Positions 41,980-55,625 of a stretch of DNA of 64,000 nucleotides are shown piece by piece. The position numbers were made by a program, and so were the translations under genes. The notes under the pieces were generated by a model, which was not told where the DNA came from, did not search any database, and was given only the letters and a program-made list of their open reading frames with translations. This DNA is from Octopus vulgaris (Eukaryota), in assembly GCA_951406725.2 (NCBI GenBank), contig OX597815.1:215140001-215204000 (forward strand), written 5' to 3'. The first letter of the stretch is position 1, and every line of letters begins with the position of its first letter.

Positions 41980-42189
41980 TGTACATAATACCTCATCTTT
42001 TAAATATAGAACTATATAGACAAATTTAATGTTTTAAATTTATATAACATTATCATTTTAATGTTAAACATTTGCAGCTTTAAAATTAAGCACTTAAAAA
42101 TAAAACCGAAATATTCTTTTCTATTCTATGCACAAGGCCCGAAATTCTCTCTCCCTCTCTATCTCTCTCTCTCTATCTCTCTCTCTCTC

Positions 42190-42295
42190 GCTCTCTTTAC
42201 CGAGCCGCTAAGTTATGGGGATGTAAACACAACACATCAACACCAGTTGTCAACTAGTGGTGCGGGGACAAACAGACAAAAAGACACACACACCT
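42190..42295 (-). mobile_element. SINE family A fragment
   Basis: ccgagccgctaagttatggggatgtaaac is the reverse complement of the family A interior. Confidence 0.6.
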
Positions 42296-42312
42296 AGATA
42301 TATACATATATA

Positions 42313-43470
42313 CAGGATGGGTGGAAAGTAACTAGACATTAGAAATTGCTTATAGAATTTATAGTGTCACTGAAGTCATGGCGAAAGCAGATTTTAAACA
42401 GACATCACGAGTGAGGATTTCTTTCTTTTTTATTGTCTTATTTCTTATTTTCCAGATGATCAGTCGTTTGACTGTTCAAGACGAGCTAAGATAGCAGCAC
42501 GCTACGAAGTGTGGAATTCCATTGTTTGGGTTCAGAGATGGCGGCGTGCATGGAAAGATAAGCATGCAACACTACGTCTAGAGACTATAAAAAGTTGACA
42601 TGCAAAGCTGATAACCATGGGCTCTGTGAACGATGGAAGAAGTGGCCGTCCAACCACATCCCGACCAGCGGAGAACGTGGCAACAATGCAGGAATTGTTT
42701 AATCGCAGCCCACAAAATTCAACGCGTCAAGCAGCTCGTGAAAGTGGACTAACAAGATATACAATACGTACGGTGTTGCATAAAGAATTGAATTTTCGTC
42801 CGTGGAAACCTCATTACGTGCAGGAACTAAAATCTGAAGACTGTGACCGCAGAATGGAATATGAAGATTTAATTCTGGGTTAGCATGAAGATTGGTCTGA
42901 ATTGTTTGAAAACATCCTCTAGAATGACGAGGCTGCATTCCATGTTGGTGCTTTCATCAATCGTCACAACTACCATTACGGGGCATCGTGTGATAAGGAT
43001 CCAAACACAAACGTTACGGTTGAGAGGATGCAAGTTAGACCGAAAGTGACCGTGTGATGCGGAATGACAGCAACAAGTGTCGTTGGCCCATATCTTCTGT
43101 GTGACGCCATGAATACGGATCGCTGTCTTCAGATGCCTGAAAATTACGTGGGGCCCACGCTGTCTGGCTGGGATAACTTTGGCGTCCTGATATTCATGCA
43201 GGATGGTGCACCACGCCATTTTGCTCTTACTGTGCGTGCGTGGTTAGATCAACATTTTCCAGGACGTTGGATGGTACGACATGGACCTCATGAATGGCCT
43301 CCAAGAAGGCCAGATCACATTCCATGTGGTTTTTACCTGTGGGGTTACACAAAAGAGGAGGTGTACAAGACAAAATCTCGCAAACTGGAGAACTTGGAGA
43401 CAAGGATTCAGGAAGTTTTCAATGATATCGCAGACGATATCCTTCAGAAGGTTTAGACGACGTCTTTGTT
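42313..43470 (+). mobile_element. Tc1/mariner DD41D (rosa/Visitor-like) transposon, pseudogenised transposase 42456-43456
   Basis: TA-CAGGATG left end; RSGRP, NDEAAF, MQDGAPRH...WPPRRPDHIPC(G)FYLWG with 41 residues between the second D and the mutated third D; several stops and a frameshift; right TIR not seen. Confidence 0.85.
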
Positions 43471-43939
43471 AACAAGGAACTTACTAGATGTACAAACCAA
43501 ACTGTCAAATTAGATCATTAGAAAATAAAATTGATTAGAACTACCAGTGAAGTCATTCTTTTCCTTTTTCGAACATATGTATGTATGTATGGATGGATGG
43601 ATGGATGGATGGATGGATGGATGGATGAATGGATGGATGGATGGATGGATGGATGGATGGATGGATGGATGTATGGATGTATATATGTATGTATGGATGT
43701 ATGGATGTATGGATGGATGGATGGATGTATGGATGTATGAATGGATGTATGGAAGGCTGGATGGATGTTTGTATGTATGTATGTATGTATGTATGTATGT
43801 ATGATGGATGGATGGATGGATAGATGGATGGATGGATGGATGGATGGAGGAATAGATGGATGGATGGATGTAGCATAGCTGTCTGCACAGGTATCATAAA
43901 TCTGACTTTCACTCTGAAGGAGTGACCCTTAGTTACCAA

Positions 43940-44392
43940 ACAGAGGAAGGAGCTCTCTGAATTTGCTCAGCCTATTTTTATTCTTGCAGCCACACTCTTG
44001 GTTCATCCACCTCTGCGACTGACTTTGTTGCTCAACGATCTCTATCATACTCCTCTGGCATTTGATGAAGCCCATTTTCTGTACATTTTTAGTGTTTATT
44101 GTACATGTGCACCTTCCACATACAAAATGTATTTCCCCAGTTTACTTGCCTCTGATATTGCTACACCTATTATGTGTAACACAGAGTACACCTTATGGAA
44201 TTCCTACCTACCCATTTCCTACAGATTGAGCAGGGCCTGAAGGGCTTTACGATTTGTCTACTTCCCTACTTACTAAGATTTTGGTTTTGGGAAGGTTAAC
44301 TCTACAGCCTTTAAATTCTAAACTTTGCTTCCATACGAGAAATTTGTTCTCTAGTTCTGGTAGTGATTTAGCTATAAAAAGAAGCTCATTAG
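43940..44392 (-). mobile_element. Decayed RTE-clade LINE fragment (continues at 46364-~46440)
   Basis: Similar to 56700-57080 (ELENKFLVWKQSLEFKGCRVNLPKTKIL). Confidence 0.7.
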
Positions 44393-46363
44393 TAAATAAG
44401 TGTGAAAACTCTTTGCTTTCACAAACACATGTATACAGATTGAAGCAATGAAAAAAAAGGTCCTCGGTATACCTGAAACGTGAAGGAAAATATTTGGATA
44501 ATGAAACGAATAATGTATGGCTAATTGAATGTAATGTAATAAATGATAATATATGAGTGTTCAGTTGTCATCCTCTATGCCCTCCCCAATTCCTTTGAGA
44601 GAAGCAAAGAAGACTAATAATATGTATTAAATGGTTAACGAGAATGTGATAATTAGTGTGAGAGACAATTAATTAATATAGATGATGTGATGATCAAGGA
44701 GCAACGTGTCAGTTGTGCATCAGCCTTTTGTGTCAGTCTTTGCGAATCTGGCAGAGCGACAAACAGGACAATTGCTGGATGGAGGATAAACTGCATCAGG
44801 CAAGGGTCGCTGTTGGAGGGCAGGGGCTTGAAGGGGTGTCAGGTACAATCATTTGTGGTGAAGGTGGGGTAAGTTGGCATGGCTCTGTGGGTAGGCGGTA
44901 AGATGCATTTCCGGTCATAGTGATTTTGGAGTCGGGAAGTGGGCATTGGTGTTGCAGCTGCATGAGGTGCTGTTAAAGTGGGTTGAGAAGGTAGTCTCAT
45001 CACTGGTGTTGGCGTGAGGAACGCAGGTGGTCCAGACACCATGAGCAGTGGGGCGTGGAGAAGAAGCAGTAGATACTTCCAGAGGAATTTTGTTGCACAG
45101 TGTGACTCGGCCTCATCCATCCACTCTTAACATGTACAGATCGAACTGGCATACATCTGCAATGGTACCAGTTTTTCCCCCATTTGTAGGATTGGGTCCA
45201 ACTTGGCTCTGGATGAGGACATAGTCTGAAAGTCAGTGGTAGAAGTGAGCATGTGTGTTTTGACAACTGTTCAGTAGCACGCATGTGGCGGTTACGCAGG
45301 TCTTCTTTTCGAGAAGTCATAGTCTCTTGCCACGTGGAATGTGACTGGTACTTGCTGGGATGGATGGGAATAACGTATTGTATAGGGCTGCCAAAGATGC
45401 ACATGGCTGGGGACAACTGTGTGACCCGGTCAGGTGTATTTCTTTATTGTAGCATTGTTCACTGGAAACTGTCAGTGTTAAGGAAGCCATTGGTGTCAGT
45501 GCTGTCTGTAACGAGGCCCTTTATTGTCTCAATACCGACTTTGGTGTGGCAGTTGTCGTGGGGAAATGCAACAGTGATGATTCTGTGGTCCACTCCCCAA
45601 TTGTGGAAGAAGGTACAATGTCAGCTCATTGCTGATAGGGCGGTGTTAAGTGCCTGTGCGCCATTCGATGCTTTCTTCACAATGTTTTTCCAGACCTGTT
45701 TGGACATACCACCATTGTCTATCAGTCACCAACTGACAGATGTACCAATGGGGATAGGCTTTATAACTCCAAGTGGAACGTTCCAGTCGCGACCTGCTTC
45801 ACTTCCTCTTGCCAATGAACCAGGACTGGTATGGGCGTATGGTGGGTGACTGGTTTCGCATTTGGATTCTCCATTAAGCGAATCGGTGGGCCAGACATCT
45901 TAGTGGAGTTTGCTAATGTTCGCAGACATTGAATATGCTTCAGCATTGTATCAGCCACTTCTTCAGGCAAACACGTTTTCCCTCAGTGGCTGGGAATGGT
46001 AGTGTAGTTGGAGGAGGGGGTTGCATTTGTTGTAGGTGGCAGGTGCATACATTCTGTGTCATTGTTGTAGATGATCGATGAAGCTTGTCAATACCCACCC
46101 TGGAGTGTTTACAGGCCAACTCGTGGTACAATCAGGTGCAGGACAGGGTACGTTGGTCATACTGACTCGCTTTTTGTCATAAATAAGTCTGACAACTGTT
46201 TGCTTTCACCAATATTTTACGCAGTCTGACGCAATGAATAGAGGGTCTTCCGTATACCTGAAATGTGAAGGGAAAGCTGATGGATAATAAAATGAATAAT
46301 ATATGGCGAATTGAATGTAATGTAATAAATGGTAATATATGTGTGCTTAGTTGTAATCCTGTA
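44393..46363 (-). mobile_element. Internally deleted Gypsy LTR retrotransposon with both LTRs
   Basis: ~185-bp direct repeats 44393-44577 and 46180-46363; PPT-like 44578-44587; pol remnants PIPVLVHWQEEVKQ (RT start) and RNTPD...SPAMCIFG (integrase); flanks ATTAG / ATCAG. Confidence 0.8.
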
Positions 46364-47760
46364 ATCAGCATAGAGGAGTTGCTAGGGTCTGCCTGTTTTA
46401 AATTTCTCTGTTATTGCCTGAATGAATATGATATCAACAAAAGTCAAGTACCGAGGTTTTATATTTGGTTAGGTACTTCTGCAGGTTTCTTACCAGAAAT
46501 ATATCATGACTGGTGCTTCTTCCTTGAAAATAAAGTCCACTATTACAACAGATCGATGTCTACCTATATACAGACATATATGCCGGGTAGCCATGAACTT
46601 TCTCCACAGCAACACACCCCTGCCTGTCTCTCTATCAGCTTAGGGTGAAGCCACTTCTCTTACTACTAGCAATCTACTCTGCCTTGAAATTTACTTTGTA
46701 ATTTTACTAGTATCAGTATTACCAAAACTGCTCCCAGACATAGACACCATGTCAAAACAGACATTAGAGGCAAGTGTAGTAAATCATCTCAGATCATGTG
46801 AAATAGTGCAACCCATGACAGCATGAAAACCGAATGTTAAATGATGATGATACACATACATGTTAATTGTATTTCTGATTTTCATTGCAATAATTAATTT
46901 GTTTATATTATAAATAAAAACATCAACTTCATTTCGCATGAAAATGATTAGTTTGATGATTTGTTGATTCATATTTTGAATTTGCAAAGGTGAGGACCAG
47001 GATGCATTTATGTATAAGTTGTCTCCCTTCTACTACAATTCTTTCTCTAGTTGGTACAAAAGCGTATGTGGGCGTACGTTTAGGTGTTTTGCATCTCTCT
47101 GTACGTGTTTGTATATGTATGTTCAGAGTCAGGGCTTAGAGCGATAACGAAGGTGAAGTTGCAGTAGCGAAACAAAACAAAGGCGGCCAACGCCTGCTAT
47201 CCATCTCTGCAGTGTTTTCCAACCCTTTCCTTAACCTTCACCTGAATAACGACAACATGAAAAATCCATATTTTGCGCTCAGAGGATGGTAGTACTTCCA
47301 AGGTGCTTGTGTGCATAACAAAAACACTCTGTCACCCACAGCTGTAATGTATAAATTCTAACACCAACTCCTAAATCCTAACTCTAAACACCAACCCTAA
47401 CCCCAAAGCCCAAAGCCAAATTAGCATTGGGGTTAACTTTTAGGGTTGGGTCGGGTTAGGGCTGAAGGTTATGGTTGGGTCAGGTTTTCGGGTTGGGTTC
47501 GATGAGCATTAGCGTTAATTGTTTCTCTATCTTATTTTCTCTTTCGTACACGATTACCTCCACATAGGCTCACCATGTTTGTCTTACAGCTGCTACTCAT
47601 CATTCATATAGTCGCTTCCATCTCTGTGCATTACTCTTTTCTTTCCTAATAAGTCTTGTCCCCCTCTTGAAGTAGAAGACCTCTTGTTATATTTCGGTAA
47701 CAAATGTTTAATTATGCCCCATTCCCTACTACAATAGGATAAATGTAACCAAGGAAGGTA

Positions 47761-49630
47761 CAGTGCCTTGCAAAAGTCTACACTCGCTTTGGAAACTGGA
47801 TGTATTTTGTTTATTTTGATAGGAACAATTAATATTGAAATAATTTGTTGAAATATTGAAATAATTTGTTGAAATAAGCAGGTCTATCACATTTTTATTT
47901 AATACACAAAATACATTTGAAAAATTTAAAACAGATTCTTAAACAAAGATAATTTTGAAAAATGTTTTTTCAAAAGTCTACACCCGCTTTGGAATGTCTT
48001 CAGATAATACTTTGTGGATGATCTTGTAGACGCCTCGGGTAGCCGTCCAGGAGCTTGCTGCAGTTGTCTGCTGACAGTTTTCACCATTCTTCATGGCAGA
48101 ACTTCTCAAGCTGTGTCAGATTGGATAGGGATGTCTGTGCCCAGTCAGCTTTAGATCTCGCCATAGATTTTCTATAGGGTTGAGGTCTGGAGCCTTGCTG
48201 GGCCAATCCAAAACTGTGATTTTCTTGCTAGCAAACCAAGCTTTAGTGCTTTTTGACACATGCTTGGGGTCGTTATCTTGTTGAAACTTGAAATTGCGAC
48301 CCAAGTGCAGAGCTCTAACAGACTTCAGCAGGTTTGCCTCCAATATTTCTTGGTACTTGACACTGTCCATGTTACCTTGGATGGTTACCAACTCTTCAGG
48401 CCCTGCAGCTGAAAACCAGCCCCAAAGCATGAGCGAGCCACCGCTGTGCTTTACAGTGGGGACGATGTAACGAGGTCGGTGAGCAGTGCCTTTTTTTTGC
48501 CTATGTAGCGTTTTTTTCCCCCCAAAATAACTCAACTTTGGTCTCATCTGACCACAAAATCTTTTGCCACATGGTCATGGAATCATTGATGTGACTTTTG
48601 GCAAAGTTTAGCCTAGCTTGCTTGTGTATAGGCTTCAGAAGGGGCTTTATTCTAGCTACCTTCCCTTGCAGGCCAGACCGGTGCAATACTCTGGAAATTG
48701 TAGAAGCATGGACATCTGTCCCAGTACTGGAAACTGAAGCTTTCAAGTCTTCCAGTGTTGCACTAGGGTTGGAGGTTGCCTCTCTGACCATTTTTGACTT
48801 TGCTCTTGCAGCAAGTTTGCTCGGTCTCCCAGATCTTGGTAGGGTAGCAGTGGTTTTGTGCAATAACCACTTCTTAATTACAGTTTTAACAGTGCTTAGG
48901 GGCAATTCTAAAGTTTTTGCAATCTTTTTATAGCCATTGTTTTCTTTGTAGTTTTGAAAGGACAGACAAACGGATTAAATCGATTTTATCGACCCCAGTG
49001 CGTAACTGGTACTTATTTAATCGACCCCGAAACGATGAAAGGCAAAGTCAACCTCGGTGGAATTTGAACTCAGAACGTAACGGCAAACGAAATAACTATT
49101 TCTTTACTACCCACAAGGGGTTAAACACAGAGATGACAAACTAGGACAGACGGATTAAATCGATTACATCGATCCCAGTGCGTAACTGGTACTTAATGTA
49201 TCGACCCCGAAAGGATGAAAGGCAAAGTCGACCTCGACGGAATTTGAACCCAGAACGTAACGGCAGACGAAATAACTATTTCTTTACTACCCACAAGGGG
49301 TTAAACACAGTGGGGACAAACTAGGACAGACGGATTAAATCGATTACATCGATCCCAGTGCGTAACTGGTACTTAATTTATCTACCCCGAAAGGATGAAA
49401 GGCAAAGTCGACCTCGGCGGAATTTGAACCCAGAACGTAACTGCAGACGAAATACCCGCTTAGCATTTCACCCGGCGTGCTAACGTTTCTGCCAACTCGC
49501 CGCCTTAGTAGAAAAGAATGTTAAGTAAAATCAAGATTAAGTCCATTTGAAATGGGGGAAGCCAGGTGTTAATAGGCAAACTAACAAATTGGCTAGACCT
49601 TAGCAAACCTTTATAAGCAGAGCTAATTCA
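47761..49630 (-). mobile_element. Tc1 (DD34E) transposon, frameshifted and SINE-interrupted; transposase ~48940-48000
   Basis: TA-CAGTGCCTTGCAAAAGT terminus with inner direct repeat at ~47972; RSGRP, WSDETK, QQDNDPKH...PDLNPIENLW (34-aa spacing); frameshift near 48520. Right boundary uncertain. Confidence 0.9.
48960..49504 (-). mobile_element. SINE family B, three head-to-tail copies (180-bp period) inside the Tc1
   Basis: ggacagac...gtcgacctcggcggaatttgaa repeated at ~48960, 49144 and 49324. Confidence 0.9.
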
Positions 49631-50078
49631 TTCACTCGGATTCTTTTTTTTTCTGTTCAACTGGTCTCTGGAAGCTTGTTTAGCATATATATTTTGTATT
49701 AGGCATTTATGGATTTATTTCATTCGCCAGGAATTCGCCAGGAATTCGCCAGAACTTTTTACTTGTCAGTTTTAAAATAATTTCTGTGCCACATCTGGGT
49801 GAGTACAAGAATCTTTTAAGTTATGTTATTGTAATATTTATGTGAATTTTGAACCCTGCATTTGTGGAAGGATGTGTTAAGATAAATGTTGAAACATTTA
49901 TATAAATAGCTAGAGGATGTATGAATTAATTTTTCAGGTTGCCAATTTTTTGCATTAGACAAGCAAAGGTAAATTTTGTCTAATGGTTACTCAGCATGTT
50001 TGTAACGAAGCAGTTTTGTGTGAATTTAAAACCAACAAGATTCTTTTGGTTTGACTATTTAATTTTTTGGCGAATAAA

Positions 50079-50815
50079 GAGGACAAACAAGGACAGACAA
50101 AGGAATTAAGTCGATTACATCGTCCCCTGTCCGTAACAGGTACTTATTTAATCGACCCCAAAAGGATGAAAGTCAAAGTCGACCTCGGCGGAATTTGAAA
50201 TCAGAACGTAAAGCGTACTAACGTTTCTGCGAGCTCGACGCATTTTATCGAATAATGTTAAATAAACAGAAGGCGGCAAACTGGCAGAGTGGTTAGTACA
50301 CCGGGCGAAATGCGTAGCCGTATTTCGTCTGCCGTTACGTTCTGAGTTGAAATTCCGTCGAGGTTGACTTTGCCTTTCATCCTTTCGGGGTCAATAAATT
50401 AAGTACCAGTTACGCACTGGGGTCGATATAATCGACTTAATCCGTTTGTCTGTCCTTCTTTGTCCCCTCTGTGTTTAGCCCCTTGTGGGTAGTAAAGAAA
50501 TAGGTATTTCGTTTGCCGCTACGTTCTGAGTTCAAATTCCGCCGAGGTCGACTTTGCTTTTCATACTTTCGATGTCGATAAATTAAGTACCAGTTGCGTA
50601 CTAGGGTCGACCCAATCGACTTGCCCTCTCCCACAAAATTTCGGGCTTAGTGCCTGCAGTAGAGAAGAATGTTCTTTTCTACTCTATGCACAACACCCGA
50701 AATTTTTGGGGAGGATGTCAGTCGTTTAGATCGACCCCAGTACGCAACTGGTACTTAATTTATCGACCGCAAAAGGATGAAAGGCAAAGTCGACCTCGGC
50801 GGAATTTGAACTCAG
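50079..50815. mobile_element. Cluster of SINE family B copies in both orientations
   Basis: Minus 50079-50240, plus 50272-50630 (partial tandem), minus ~50720-50815. Confidence 0.88.
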
Positions 50816-50972
50816 AGGGTAAAGATAAGAAGCGAAGTATCTTTTCTATTTTTGGCACAAGGCCCGAAATTTTTGGGGAGGTGGCCAGTCGATTACGGTT
50901 TAATATTTACAAAATATCTCTCTGTCTATCTATCTATCTATCTATCTATCTCTCTATCTATCTATCTATCTA

Positions 50973-52925
50973 TGCCCCCTCTCGTCGCTTCTATACGTAT
51001 TGACTCTCGAGCCATTATTGCGGAAGCTGGCAACTTTGAGGGGCATCCCGCGAGAACTGGGATGCGGGACGAGCGTGTCTGCATACGCGGACGACGTCAC
51101 CGTCATAGTGTCTAGCCACGAGCACATCGAGCAGGTCGGCGAGACACTGAAAAACTACGAAGCGGTGACAGGAGCGAAAATCAACCGGGAAAAGTCAGTG
51201 GGGTTGCGACTAGGCACCTGGAGAAGCAAGCCCATGCCGTCCACCAGCGCCTCCGTCGTGGGACGCTGGACCGACGGCCCGGTTGAGTTGCTCGGGGTCT
51301 GGTTTGGTCCGGACCTCCAAATGGAGAAGAACTGGAACGAGATAACGAGTAGGGTGGTCACTCTCGCCCGGCAATGGGCTGAGAGGAAACTGTTCCTAAA
51401 AGGTCGGGCGGAGGTGGCGAACACGTACATCGCGTCCGTCATCTACTACCGCCTGACCGTCGTACCTTGTCCCGACCCTACCATCACCAAACTACAACGC
51501 ATTCTCTTTCGCTTCTTGTGGAAAGGATGCGTCCCGATGGTCAGGCGATCCATTTGCTGTCAACACCCGTTAAAAGGAGGACTGGGCATGCCGTGGTTGA
51601 TGATGCGCAGACACGCGCTGAGACTGCGACATCTCTGGCTCTATGTAGACGACGGTGAACAGGTGTGGTCGCCGTTTGTGAGGTACGCTTTCCCGCAGCT
51701 CGTCTCCATGACCGAACTGCAGTCGTGGATCAAAAAGAGGCCGAGGAAGGGCGAATGGCACCGCGAGTGTCGCGTTGCTCTCAAGCAACTCTGCCGTCCT
51801 GGGTCGACCTTGAGTGACTTCAACACAACCAAAGCATTCTATAGGGGATTAGTGGAGGGGAGGTACGACGACGAGCTCGGGGCGAACCTGGACGTCGACG
51901 AGGAATACCTGACCCGCCTGTTCAGGACGACTTTCGGGCCAGGGCCCATGGACAACTTCCAGGGATCCCTGGCCTGGCAGTGCTACCGAGAAGCGCTACC
52001 CGTTCGGGATAAGCTCTACAGACACGGCTCGAGAAACACGGGGCCGACCTGCCCGAGATGCGGTCAGAGCGACGAAACCGTCCTGCACGCACTCGTGCAG
52101 TGTCCAACAATTTCCGACCTGTGGGCTTATGTCGAACAACTGCTGTCACGTGTGGGACGAGTCGGTTTATCAGCTGAGTCTATCGTCAATATTGTCACGC
52201 CTCCTTCCTTCAAACGGGAAGGAAGAGCTATTTTCATCATCCTTGTGGCTATGGCGAAAGAATGTATCTGGTGGACGCATCTGAAAGGATTGGAGACAAA
52301 CACTTTCCTCTCTGGTCAATCTCTCATCAACTTCTTCAAGTACCACTTGAAGAGGAAAGTGAGAGTAGAGAGGCAAGTTTTGTCTAGCAAATGTTTTAAA
52401 AAAAGATGGGTGAATGTAGCAAGGATGGCACGTATGAATGACGAAGCCACCTTGAGCATAATCCTATGAACCCAGAAATTGAAAACAGAGGGTTACCCAC
52501 TTGCAAACAAATGTGGTAACATATAACAATATTGACCAAGGTTACCGTGGTCTTTTTCGTAGGCTTTTCTTCCCACGGATAAACCTTACTTGCTTTCCCC
52601 TTTACACCATATATCATAACACTGTGATACACGATCCCTATTGATCGTTCTTTTTCTCCTCTTCCCCATTTTTTCCCCTTTTTTCTTCTTTTTTCATTTC
52701 TCTTTTCTTTTGTTCCTTTTCCTTTTTTTTCTTTTTATTCTTTTTATTTTTTATTTTATTTACTTTTTTTGTTCTTTTCTTCCCTTTTACGATCCCTCTT
52801 GATCGAAAACCTACGCCACCCCTTTTTTTTTCTTTTGTTTTTTGTTTTCTTCATCCCCCAAAAGAAAAGCTCTACCTTGTAATTTGTCCCATCTGTGTGC
52901 AGCCCTGTGTGGCCAATAAAGAAAC

Positions 52926-52926
<1 letters not shown>
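50973..52926 (+). mobile_element. 5'-truncated Tx1/L1-clade LINE, ORF2 C-terminal half uninterrupted to 52469
   Basis: CPLSSLLYVLTLEPLL, AYADDV, KINREKS, GGLG, CPRCGQSDETVLHALVQC; 3' UTR ends AATAAAGAAAC; (TATC)n on both sides. Confidence 0.92.
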
Positions 52927-52973
<47 letters not shown>

Positions 52974-53008
52974 GCAGCTATCTAACTAGCTAGCTGTCTA
53001 TCCGTCTG

Positions 53009-53082
<74 letters not shown>

Positions 53083-53480
53083 AATATATCTATTTTTCTA
53101 TCCGTTTGTGCGCCTGCCTGTCTGTCTATCTGCCTACATGGACAGAAGAGAATGTGTTTAAACATGTAGTTACATATGTGTGTGTGTGTCATATATATAT
53201 ATGTATATATATATGACACACACACACACAAATATATAGTAAGCGTAAACACATGTACATACATCTATGTATACTCGCACATATTACATATTCGTTCAAT
53301 ATAATTACCTTTGTATTTATCTGTCTACTGTTTGTCAATGTATATATACTTCTAGATATGTACATCCGCGTGTATCAACGCATTGAATGTAGCATTTGCG
53401 TCTGTATGGATGTATATTTGTATATGCGGAAATGTATGTTTGTGGCTGTGTGCATGTATGTTTATGGATGTATAAATATA

Positions 53481-53513
<33 letters not shown>

Positions 53514-53583
53514 TTGTGTGTGTGTGGTTGTATGTTATTTACGATCAAACATATGTGTATATATTCGTGTATGGATAGGTATG

Positions 53584-53995
53584 GGATCTTTTCTGTTTGA
53601 ACGGCAGTTTTTTCTAGCGGTGTCATATGAAATTGTCACCCATAATTATGACCCTAGTATCGATCTATTGCATTTCAATCTGTTTTAGAGTTAGGGGTGG
53701 GGGGAAGGTTATCTTTTTTTCTTCAGAAATGTAAATAAACCCAATCTGTTTCTTAAACGAGGGACATATTCATACGGCACAGAATGTCTTTTACCTCAAT
53801 AGACGTCATTGATTGGTTGAAATTGCAGAAATTGAAGAAAAACAACAACAAATATCTTGCAAACCATAGAATTTTCTCAATAAAGCCAAGAGAAAAAGAT
53901 GTTTTATAAACACATTCTACCAGTATACGAAATTTAAAAGTGTTTATTTACGTGGAAAATATTTTAAAAAACTGCCGTTCAAACCGAAAAGATCC
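53584..53995. mobile_element. MITE with ~29-bp TIRs
   Basis: ggatcttttctgtttgaacggcagttttt / aaaaactgccgttcaaaccgaaaagatcc (1 mismatch). Confidence 0.85.
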
Positions 53996-54058
53996 TTGGT
54001 TTGTATAAAGCAAGCCATATGCACTTCGATATCATGTATATATATATATATATATATA

Positions 54059-54274
54059 GGTACTACTAACGAACAGTGGTCCCGGTGTGCGCACTCGCAC
54101 ATCTGCGCTAGCTAGTCATAAGTAGTCGATCCTACAACGACTTTTTAACCCTAAACCTAACCCTAGTTTGTTTATAAAAATAATTTATTTACTTAGTTTA
54201 AAAAATTGTAGGATCGACTACTTACGACTAGCTAGCGAGGATGTGCACCGGGACCACTGTTTGATTGTAGTACC
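54059..54274. mobile_element. TA-flanked foldback MITE with ~70-80-bp arms
   Basis: ggtactac..aacagtggtcccggtg..gctagctagtc.taagtagtcgatcctacaa is mirrored at the right end. Confidence 0.85.
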
Positions 54275-54314
<40 letters not shown>

Positions 54315-54808
54315 TATACGTGTGTGCGTAGAGTTAATAAAACCATCTGCGAGTACATATGCGTATATATGGATGTGTATATATATAAAAGAGTCTGTAT
54401 TTTATGCATATATATTAATATTTGGACGTATTCTCATAACCATATACCTATACACACACACATATATATACGTGCGTCTAAGCGTTGTTTGTGTGTCTAC
54501 ATAGCAACCTGCAGGAGGCAAGAAAGTTGATTGGGGATGAAGACTCATTTGTGTGTTAAATTGTTTTTATTTGTAATTGACTTTTTAGTTCATAAATTGG
54601 AATAATTGTAAAATGTAAGAGTTAATACCTCATTCAGTGCTTTTTAAAAAAGAACAATGTTTTAGAGAAGCAAAAGTCAGTGGGCACTTTTTGTCTTCTC
54701 CCATCCTTATCATCCTTCTATCATTATCATTCATCTCATTAATGTCCGTGTCCAGCCCGCAAGCTATTTTACACTATGTACTGCCTTTATGGCAACTTTA
54801 ATAAAATA

Positions 54809-55370
54809 AAGTAGCTTGCTTACCAGCCACACGGTTCCGGCTTCAGTCCCACTGCATGGCACCTTGGGCAAGTGTCATCTACTATAGCCTCGGACCAACC
54901 AAAGCTTTGTGAGTGGATTTGGCAGACGGAAACTGAAAGAAGCCCGTTATATATATGTATATGTGTGTGTGTTTGTCCCACCACCAGACCTTGGCAATAA
55001 ATGTTGGTGTGTTTACTCCCCGCAGCTTAGCGGTTCAGCGAAAGATGCCAATGGAATAAGTACAAACAATAAGTCATGGGGTCAATTCGTTTGACTAAAA
55101 AGCAGTGCTCCAGCATCGCCGCAGTCAAACAGCTGCAACAAATAAAAGAAATATATTTATATATATGCATATATTTGTCTGTGTGTCTGCTTGTCCTATC
55201 ACCATCACTTGACAACCGACGTTGGTGTGTTTATGTCTCCGAAACTTAGTGGTTTTGCAAAACGCACTGATAGAAATAAGAACTAGGCTTACAAACAATA
55301 AGTCCTGGGTCAAATTGTTCAACTAAAGGTGGTGCTCCAGCATGGCTGCAGTCAAATGACTGAAACAAGT
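54809..55370 (+). mobile_element. SINE family A copy plus a duplicated 3' half
   Basis: Matches 13185-13547; the 3' half recurs at 55175-55370. Confidence 0.85.
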
Positions 55371-55403
55371 ATATATATATATATATATATACATGCATAT
55401 ATT

Positions 55404-55472
<69 letters not shown>

Positions 55473-55497
55473 GCATATATTTGTATATATATATATG

Positions 55498-55544
<47 letters not shown>

Positions 55545-55553
55545 GTATATATT

Positions 55554-55586
<33 letters not shown>

Positions 55587-55625
55587 CTATATATCTATAT
55601 ATATGTGCAAATATGTGTGTATATA

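Noticed and set aside
31976-41996. Dozens of minus-strand Cys/Leu-rich ORFs (MLLLSGCSYCLDALIVW repeats)
   Set aside because: They are translations of a 17-bp satellite giving the same peptide in all three frames, with stops wherever the TTCA variant occurs.
45253-45849. 198-aa plus-strand ORF
   Set aside because: Antisense shadow of Gypsy pol remnants.
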